This document shows positions 55,749 to 64,000 of a stretch of 64,000 nt of DNA, piece by piece (the stretch's first letter is position 1; each line of letters starts with the position of its first letter). The DNA is from an uncultured Gammaproteobacteria bacterium (GTDB lineage Bacteria; Patescibacteriota; Microgenomatia; Levybacterales; GWA1-39-11): NCBI GenBank assembly GCA_964409875.1, contig CAYPEN010000002.1, forward strand, positions 274,630-338,629. Reading direction: 5' to 3'. The notes under the pieces were generated by a model. It made no database searches. It had not been told where the DNA came from and saw only the letters and a list, made by a program, of their open reading frames with translations. The position numbers and the translations under genes are program-made.

Positions 55749-55772
55749 TACTCACAAGGACTTAAATTATAG

Positions 55773-57425
<1,653 letters not shown>

Positions 57426-57472
57426 TCACTACTTTTTGACTTCCCATATTTACAAGTTTATAATTCGAATCA

Positions 57473-57916
57473 ATGATAAATCCTGAAGCTCCAAAAAGAA
57501 CAAGATTACCTGAAGCAGGAGAGGCTGAAATGCTGCCAAAACCAACAGAAGGAGATATCTTATATGCTGGTCTTGAGTTTACTCTCCCAACTACACAAGT
57601 AACTGCAATCATTGATCAAAAAAGAGGGGGAGAATTAGATGGTGCGATTGAATCTATTGGTGAATCGTCAGGTATAAAATCAACCCAATTGTTGAGGCTT
57701 CATGTCGAAGATGTTTTAGCCACTCTTCCTGAAAAAGAAAGAAGAGCAGCTGAGCTTGGATTTGGTTTGTTGGATGGTAAGCAGAGATCAACAAAAGAAG
57801 TTGCACAGGAATTAGGTGTTTCAGAACGAACAGCACAAAGAAGAACAAGCTCCGCCATTGCAAAACTCAGAAATCCAGAGCGCGCTCAGAAAATTAGAGA
57901 TTTTCTTCAAGAATAA
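57473..57916 (+). CDS. Sigma-70 region-4-like HTH domain protein (no region 2)
   Basis: LPEKERRAAELGFGLLDGKQRSTKEVAQELGVSERTAQRRTSSAIAKLRN matches the sigma-70 region 4 pattern. No region 2 is present. Confidence 0.45.
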   Translation: MINPEAPKRTRLPEAGEAEMLPKPTEGDILYAGLEFTLPTTQVTAIIDQKRGGELDGAIESIGESSGIKSTQLLRLHVEDVLATLPEKERRAAELGFGLLDGKQRSTKEVAQELGVSERTAQRRTSSAIAKLRNPERAQKIRDFLQE

Positions 57917-57952
57917 TTTTCCAAAAACTGTTCTCCATAGTAAAATAGAGTC

Positions 57953-58795
57953 ATGATAGATGCGCATTGTCACATGCAGTTTCATAAATTCGAAGCGGAC
58001 TCGGATGCTGTTATAAAGGATGCTGTTGAAAAGGGGGTTACGACAATTGTTAACACAGGAACATCAATTGATTCCTCCAACAAAGCTGTCGAATTGGCCC
58101 AGGAATATGAGAATTGCTGGGCAATAGTCGGAATTCATCCTCATCATGCGGATAAAACCGACGAGGAGTTTGAAGGGTTGCCTCCTTCCGATTGGCTTGA
58201 ACAGCTTGAGATATTGGCAAAACAACCGAAAGTGATTGGAATTGGGGAGGTGGGGATGGATTTTTGGAATTACCGCACCAACGGGATTGTACCTGTCGAT
58301 TTGCAAGAAGATGCGTTCAGAAAACAAATAGAATTGTCGATAAAACTTTCACTGCCTCTTCAGATTCATACACGTCTTGCGTGGGATGAAACGCTTGCTA
58401 TTCTCTCGGATTACAAAAACCGACTGCAAAGTCCTCCGGGAATGTTTCATTGCTTTTCGGGGAGCATTGAGTTTACGAAGAAAGTATTGGGTATGGGGTT
58501 TTATGTAGGGTTTGATGGCAACATAACATACAAAGGAATTCCACCCGGCGAAGACACTCCTTTAATTGATTTAGTGCGGTATGTACCTATAGATAGAATC
58601 CTTACAGAAACCGACAGTCCTTTTTTATCCCCTATACCATTACGGGGCGAGCGGAATGCACCGGCAAATATTCGCATTATCTTAGAGTTCATTGCCAATG
58701 CAAAGGGAATTTCATATAATACATTAGAAGCTCAAATTGAGCGTAATTTCCAAGACGTTTTTACAGTGAGAAGCCATGCACCAAACACTCGATAG
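57953..58795 (+). CDS. tatD: TatD-family metal-dependent DNase/hydrolase
   Basis: MIDAHCHM at the N-terminus plus downstream His and Glu/Asp metal ligands (IGEVGMD, FHCF, DGN). Confidence 0.85.
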   Translation: MIDAHCHMQFHKFEADSDAVIKDAVEKGVTTIVNTGTSIDSSNKAVELAQEYENCWAIVGIHPHHADKTDEEFEGLPPSDWLEQLEILAKQPKVIGIGEVGMDFWNYRTNGIVPVDLQEDAFRKQIELSIKLSLPLQIHTRLAWDETLAILSDYKNRLQSPPGMFHCFSGSIEFTKKVLGMGFYVGFDGNITYKGIPPGEDTPLIDLVRYVPIDRILTETDSPFLSPIPLRGERNAPANIRIILEFIANAKGISYNTLEAQIERNFQDVFTVRSHAPNTR

Positions 58796-60275
58796 ACTAT
58801 TTACCCGCTACCCGATAAAATCCCGGCGCGCGCTTGAGATAATTCCCCCTGTTATAGCATTATTTCTTATCACAATGCCGGTGTGGGGAGCCTATTTTTT
58901 TCCGGTCGCTCTTTCTTACTTCATCATTTTTTTTGATGTCTACTGGTTTTATAAATCAGTTCATCTTGTCATAATGTCATTTATTGCGGCGCGCAAAATC
59001 AGAAGTGCGGAGCACACCGATTGGCTTTCAAAGGCAGAAGTCCTTCCCAATTTCTCCAAAGTCGCACATCTTATTGTCATTCCAAGCTATAAAGAGAGTT
59101 ACGAAAAAATAAAAGAAACAATTGATAGCATAGAAAGACAGTCATTTCCAAAAAAGCAGATGTATATCTATATGGCATTTGAAGCAAGGGAAGAAAATGT
59201 CTCACAAAAAGGGGAGCGGTTGAAAAAAGAATATGGCCATATTTTCGGAGGGTTTTACTACACGCTTCATCCTGATTTACCAAATGAAGTGAAGGGAAAA
59301 TCTTCAAATCAGGCATATGCTGCAGCTGATGCTTACCGGACACTTGTTACGTCGGGAAAACTGGATATCAATTACATGACAGTTACCTCATCCGATGCCG
59401 ATGTACTTTTTGACAAGGCATTTTTCTCATACCTTGCGTATTCTTTTTTGACAGTGAAAGATCCGCTCTATACCTTCTGGCAATCGGCAAATGTAACGTA
59501 TAATAATTTCTGGCAAGTACCCTCATTTACGAGGGTTATCTCATTTTTTGGGAGTCTATGGAGAACGTCGGTTCTTGTTCAGCACGCCAGACTGGTTCCA
59601 AATTCCGTTTATTCATTGTCTTATAAATTGCTTATGGAAATTGGCAATTGGGACGTGGATGTTATTCCTGAAGACTACCGTGTATTTTTTAAAGCATTTT
59701 TCAAAACGAAAGGTAGAGTCGTTGTTGAACCTATATTCCTTAAAACATCCATGGATGCTGCGCAGTCGTACTCATACAGAAAGAGTCTTATGAATAAATA
59801 CCATCAGGAAAGACGTTGGTCCTGGGGAGTAGCAGATGATGCGACCTATGTGAAATGGTATTTGACAGTGCCGGGAGTTCCTTTCTGGCGAAAGACTATG
59901 CTCGTTTTTAACGTTCTTATTGACCATATTTTATGGCCGGTTAATTGGTTCATCATTACGGTTTCGGCAAATCTTGTTGCGCTCGTCAATCCGGTATTTA
60001 CAAGAACCAGTCTTGGGTATACTTTGCCACAAATTTCGGCTTTTATCTTAACACTCTGTTTGTTATCAATATTGGCTATGATTTATGTCGATTACACTTT
60101 GGGTCCCAAAAGGAATCAGGAAAAGCATTCGAAATTAAGAAAAATACTTTTTCCATTGGAATTCCTTTTTATGCCGGTTGCAGGTTTTTTCCTCTCCGCA
60201 CTTCCCGCTCTTATCTCACACATCCAGCTTATTATTGGTAAAAGGCTCGAGTACAAAGTGACAGAAAAAGTATAG
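58776..60275 (+). CDS. Membrane-embedded GT2-family glycosyltransferase (processive-synthase-like)
   Basis: VIPSYKESYEKI (GT2 N-terminal motif), SSDADVLFD (DxD) and EDYRVFFKAFFK (Q/ExxRW-like). TM helices flank the domain. Confidence 0.5.
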   Translation: MHQTLDRLFTRYPIKSRRALEIIPPVIALFLITMPVWGAYFFPVALSYFIIFFDVYWFYKSVHLVIMSFIAARKIRSAEHTDWLSKAEVLPNFSKVAHLIVIPSYKESYEKIKETIDSIERQSFPKKQMYIYMAFEAREENVSQKGERLKKEYGHIFGGFYYTLHPDLPNEVKGKSSNQAYAAADAYRTLVTSGKLDINYMTVTSSDADVLFDKAFFSYLAYSFLTVKDPLYTFWQSANVTYNNFWQVPSFTRVISFFGSLWRTSVLVQHARLVPNSVYSLSYKLLMEIGNWDVDVIPEDYRVFFKAFFKTKGRVVVEPIFLKTSMDAAQSYSYRKSLMNKYHQERRWSWGVADDATYVKWYLTVPGVPFWRKTMLVFNVLIDHILWPVNWFIITVSANLVALVNPVFTRTSLGYTLPQISAFILTLCLLSILAMIYVDYTLGPKRNQEKHSKLRKILFPLEFLFMPVAGFFLSALPALISHIQLIIGKRLEYKVTEKV

Positions 60276-60276
60276 A

Positions 60277-61740
60277 ATGGGTGGACTTATTGTTCGGATT
60301 TATCACAGTAGACCGGTTTTCAATCACAGAACTGCTTGGTTTTTGCTTCTCGCATGTTTTCTTTTCATCCTACTTAGACTCCCGTCTCTTATCGAGCCCC
60401 ACTGGTACGGTGATGAGGGAATATATCAAGTTGTAGGAAGAGCAATAGATTCGGGAAGAATTCTCTATAAAGATATATGGGATAATAAGCCGCCTGTATT
60501 GTATTTATATTATGCATTGGTAAATGGGAGCCTTTTTGGTATAAAACTTCTTTCTCTTATTTCAGGCGTTGCGTCAGTCGTCGCTTTTTTCTTTCTCTCA
60601 ACAAAAATATTTAAAACCGGAGCTATCCGATATATAACCACTCTTATATATCTCATACTTTTTGGGCTGCCCTTATTGGAAGGAAATATTGCCAATGCTG
60701 AAAATTTTATGCTTTTCCCCACAATATTAGCTGGATATCTTGTCTATTCATATTCGGAGAAGAAAAGAACCGGTTTGTTGCTTCTTGCCGGCTTGTTGCT
60801 TTCGCTTGCCTTTGTTACAAAAGTAGTCGCACTTTTTGATTTTATGGCATTTTTTATATTCTTAAGCTTTGCAGAAAAAGGAGAATACAAAAAAATGGTA
60901 CGACCGCTTTTATCTTTTTTCCTGGTGTTCGTATCTTTTATGGTAGGATTTGTATGCTACTTTTTTTTGCGAGGTGCTTTTGGGGATTTCGTAGGATCTG
61001 TCTTTTTTCAAAATGTTTCGTATGTAGGAGAGCAGAACCATTTCATATTTCCTTTGGGAACGTTACTTATCAAAACAATTCTTTTGGCTGGAGTTGCTAC
61101 TTTTATCCTCAGTAAGAAAAAGTACCTGTCAAAGCAAACGTTTTTTCTCTATCTATGGTTTGCGTTTTCAGTATATAACGCCTTTTTTTCCGAACGTCCG
61201 TACACGCATTATCTGCTCGTTGCTCTCCCCTCATTTAGTCTTTTGGTAGGCCAACTCATCCATTCAAAAAAGAAGAGAGTTTTCAATGGAATTATGCTTG
61301 GTATATCTATATTCCTAGCTTTTACTTATTTTCAATTGTATAAAAAGACTACTACGTATTATCAAAATTACCTACAGTTTATTACCAACAATAAAAATAT
61401 TGTTGATTACGAATCTTTTTTTGACAACAACACTCCGCGTGATTATGATATTGCAAATTTTATTACGACGAATGTTGCGGCAAATGACAAAATATTTCTA
61501 CTTTCTGATAACGCACAGATATATGCGCTTTCTAACAAGCTGCCAATAGGAAAATATATCGTTGCGTATCACATTACTTTTTACAAAAATGCGGATATAA
61601 TTACAAAGAAGCAGATTGATGAAACACAACCAAGATTCATCATTCAAACAGTCGAAGATCCCTTACTTGATGACTTACTTTCTTCATACCGGCTGAAATA
61701 TATAATGGAGGGAGTAAAAATATATGAAAGAGAAATTTAA
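60277..61740 (+). CDS. GT-C glycosyltransferase, PMT_2/ArnT (GT83)-like
   Basis: EPHWYGDEGIYQVVGRAIDSGRILYKDIWDNKPPVLYLY matches the ArnT/PMT_2 first-loop signature (DE...KPPL). Confidence 0.6.
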   Translation: MGGLIVRIYHSRPVFNHRTAWFLLLACFLFILLRLPSLIEPHWYGDEGIYQVVGRAIDSGRILYKDIWDNKPPVLYLYYALVNGSLFGIKLLSLISGVASVVAFFFLSTKIFKTGAIRYITTLIYLILFGLPLLEGNIANAENFMLFPTILAGYLVYSYSEKKRTGLLLLAGLLLSLAFVTKVVALFDFMAFFIFLSFAEKGEYKKMVRPLLSFFLVFVSFMVGFVCYFFLRGAFGDFVGSVFFQNVSYVGEQNHFIFPLGTLLIKTILLAGVATFILSKKKYLSKQTFFLYLWFAFSVYNAFFSERPYTHYLLVALPSFSLLVGQLIHSKKKRVFNGIMLGISIFLAFTYFQLYKKTTTYYQNYLQFITNNKNIVDYESFFDNNTPRDYDIANFITTNVAANDKIFLLSDNAQIYALSNKLPIGKYIVAYHITFYKNADIITKKQIDETQPRFIIQTVEDPLLDDLLSSYRLKYIMEGVKIYEREI

Positions 61741-62077
61741 TCTTATGTTATCCGACCAGTTCGCGAGAATATCTCTCTTGCTTGGTCTTGTTTCTGTACT
61801 TCCTCTTGTAATTCTTATTTTTATTTCATATGGCAGTCTCCCACCACTTATCCCTTTTTACAATAGTATGCCCTGGGGAGAGGAACGGCTTGTAAACTCA
61901 CAAGTCACTATTTTTCTTCCATTCTTGCTTCTTATTATATTTGTCGGTAATTTGCTATACGCGTTGTTTGCATATAAGAAGAATGTTTTAGTTTCAAGAA
62001 TCGTTTTATTTAATTGTTTTCTGTTCCTACTCCTTGGGTTGTTGGCTTATTTACAGATTTTATTTTTAACATTCTAA
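61724..62077 (+). CDS. Small hydrophobic membrane protein
   Basis: Three to four hydrophobic helices. It overlaps its neighbours. Confidence 0.35.
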   Translation: MKEKFNLMLSDQFARISLLLGLVSVLPLVILIFISYGSLPPLIPFYNSMPWGEERLVNSQVTIFLPFLLLIIFVGNLLYALFAYKKNVLVSRIVLFNCFLFLLLGLLAYLQILFLTF

Positions 62078-63132
62078 TGCAACAAGAACTATTATTGGCA
62101 CCGGTCGTCTCCTGCCTTATTACTCTGCTTACTGTCCCATTTGTCATAAAGTTTGCCAAAAAAACAAAACTTATGGACGATCCCAAAACCCATATCCATC
62201 CGGCTGTTCTTCATAAAAAGCCCATTCCACGGGCTGGTGGGCTTGCCATATATATAGGTATGCTTGTTGCGGCGTTGGTTTTTGTTCCGATGGATAATTT
62301 TGTCCGGACAATTTTCCTAGGAGGACTAATAGTTGTTGTAACTGGAATTCTTGATGATAAATTTGATTTGTCTCCCTATGTCCGTTTTGCAATAAATATC
62401 ATAACTGCGATTATTGCTGTGTATGCAGGCGTTTCTATTCCCTTCATTACCAATCCTGTTGGTGGGATACTGCACTTTACGAATTTTCAATTTTCCTTTT
62501 TATTTTTATCGTTCCATTTAGGGGATGTACTTGCTGTTATATGGATTGTGTGGGTTATGAATATGTTAAATTGGAGCAAAGGTGTTGATGGTCAAATGCC
62601 TGGGATTGCCGCGATATCCTCGTTTGTTATTGGCATTGCCGCCTTTAGATTTCTTCCGGTAGAACAATTCAGTCTTACGACTTCTATGATTTCATTTATC
62701 GTGGGCGGTGCTTCATTAGGTTTTCTTTTTTACAATTTCTACCCGGCAAAAATCTTCCCTGGGTATAGCGCTACAATTTTAGGATATTTTATCGGTATTC
62801 TTTCTATCACTTCGGGAGTAAAATTGGCAACGGCAGTTTTAGTGATGGGTGTACCAAGTGTGGACGCGGCGATAACAATTATCAGAAGAATTCTCTCGAA
62901 AAAATCTCCATTCTGGCATGATAGGGGACATCTTCACCATCTTCTTTTAAATTACGGGATGGGTCACAGGAGTATTGCGGTATTTTATTGGTTAATGTCG
63001 TTGATATTGGGAGTTGTCGCACTGAGCGCGTCAAGTCGTGGAAAGCTTTTTGTTATAATGTTGGTGGTTGTTGTCGTTTTGGGATTTGTATTCATGTTGC
63101 GGATTGCTGGAAAAAAACAGGACTATGATTAA
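62077..63132 (+). CDS. Polyprenyl-phosphate N-acetylhexosamine-1-phosphate transferase (MraY/WecA family, GT4)
   Basis: DDPKTHIHPAVLHKKPIPRAGGLAIY, ILDDKFDLSPY (the DDxxD-like Mg site) and the cytoplasmic loop VDGQMPG. The start is approximate (an internal ATG after the previous stop). Confidence 0.75.
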   Translation: MQQELLLAPVVSCLITLLTVPFVIKFAKKTKLMDDPKTHIHPAVLHKKPIPRAGGLAIYIGMLVAALVFVPMDNFVRTIFLGGLIVVVTGILDDKFDLSPYVRFAINIITAIIAVYAGVSIPFITNPVGGILHFTNFQFSFLFLSFHLGDVLAVIWIVWVMNMLNWSKGVDGQMPGIAAISSFVIGIAAFRFLPVEQFSLTTSMISFIVGGASLGFLFYNFYPAKIFPGYSATILGYFIGILSITSGVKLATAVLVMGVPSVDAAITIIRRILSKKSPFWHDRGHLHHLLLNYGMGHRSIAVFYWLMSLILGVVALSASSRGKLFVIMLVVVVVLGFVFMLRIAGKKQDYD

Positions 63133-63194
63133 TGTAATTAAGCATATGACCTGCGACTGCCAAGAGCAGGGCATACGATTACATACCTGATTCT

Positions 63195-64000
63195 ATGATT
63201 AAGCACGGGTATTATGTCATCAAACTTCTTCGTCCCCGTCAGTGGATAAAGAATTTTGCCCTTTTTGCGGGCGTTACATTTGCGGGTCAACTTTTTAACG
63301 GAGATTTATTTTCTCAAGTGGTGAATGGATTCATTGCGTTTTGTTTGTTCGCTTCTGCTACGTACATATTCAACGATATATTGGATGTAAAAAAAGATAG
63401 ACTACATCCGTTTAAAAGATTGAGGCCTATCGCAAGTGGAAATATCTCTATTCCAGAAGCCGTTGTTATCCTTATTGTGATTCTTTTTATTGCGCTTCTT
63501 ATTGCTCTTAATACCAGTTTACTGTTCACTGTAATTGGTATTTCATATATCGTCCTTCAAATTCTTTATTCAACAATCTTTAAATCCATAACAATCTTCG
63601 ATATCCTTTTTATTGCAACGGGCTATATCTTGCGAATTCTAGCAGGGGAGGCGATTTCAAATTTCCATACATCAATTTGGCTGTTGTTAACTGCGGTTTC
63701 ACTTTCTCTATTTTTGGCTGTTGGAAAACGGCGTTCAGAACTTACCCTCCTTCAAAATGTGAAGGGCGGTGCAAAAATTGATGAAGTGCGAAAAACCCTT
63801 TCGCACTATTCAGAAGCATTGCTTGATTCTTTCTCGACCATTTTTGCCACATCGACATTTGTGTTTTATGGGCTGTTCACCTTTCTAGCAACTCCACGGG
63901 GGCTACATATCGGACTTGACGTTTTGCTTCCTGAATATCTTCCCTCATATTTCAATAGAAAGTGGTTGATGGTAACGATATTACCAGTAATTTATGGAGT
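63195..64000 (+). CDS. UbiA-family prenyltransferase (decaprenyl-phosphate phosphoribosyltransferase-like), 3' end outside the window
   Basis: LLRPRQWIKNFALFAG and the NDILDVKKDRLHP aspartate-rich motif. This open reading frame runs to the window edge and is not in the ORF track. Confidence 0.65.
   Translation, partial: MIKHGYYVIKLLRPRQWIKNFALFAGVTFAGQLFNGDLFSQVVNGFIAFCLFASATYIFNDILDVKKDRLHPFKRLRPIASGNISIPEAVVILIVILFIALLIALNTSLLFTVIGISYIVLQILYSTIFKSITIFDILFIATGYILRILAGEAISNFHTSIWLLLTAVSLSLFLAVGKRRSELTLLQNVKGGAKIDEVRKTLSHYSEALLDSFSTIFATSTFVFYGLFTFLATPRGLHIGLDVLLPEYLPSYFNRKWLMVTILPVIYG

Overview
The window looks like a small-genome, CPR/Patescibacteria-like bacterial chromosome (inference from gene content: many GT-C/ArnT-like membrane glycosyltransferases, NiSOD, FemAB, LCP, tmRNA, few large operons). 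The housekeeping backbone comprises a class II (B12-dependent) ribonucleotide reductase 3' end with a PduO-type cobalamin adenosyltransferase, a ComF-family PRTase, tmRNA (ssrA) and smpB, three tRNAs (Ile-UAU, Ser-GCU, Ser-UGA), TspO, pyrC/pyrD-like genes, sodN/sodX (nickel SOD with its maturation peptidase), FemAB, UvrD/PcrA, tpiA, an LCP-family protein, rpsT, murJ, lepA, groES/groEL, tatD and MraY/WecA-like and UbiA-family enzymes. The main accessory feature is a roughly 5.6 kb AT-rich integrated element inserted between ssrA and smpB. It carries a large serine recombinase whose 3' end overlaps the tmRNA 3' end, a small Xis-like ORF, a membrane protein, unknown proteins and a DUF4258/DUF2283-like toxin-antitoxin-type pair. 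Other unusual signals: (1) three stop-terminated copies of the RNR C-terminal redox tail (ACGHAEC) downstream of the gene that differ only at synonymous positions; (2) arrays of the 5'-terminal 13-16 nt of each tRNA-Ser gene repeated 2-3 times upstream at about 60-nt spacing; (3) a duplicated tRNA-Ser 3' end and tRNA-Ile half-copies flanking a VirD4/TraG/HerA-superfamily membrane ATPase; (4) candidate cobalamin riboswitch motifs in the B12 gene module; (5) several tandem repeats in 5' UTRs (epimerase, rpsT) and a nested inverted repeat between groES and groEL. All calls were made by eye from the sequence and the ORF track, with no searches run.
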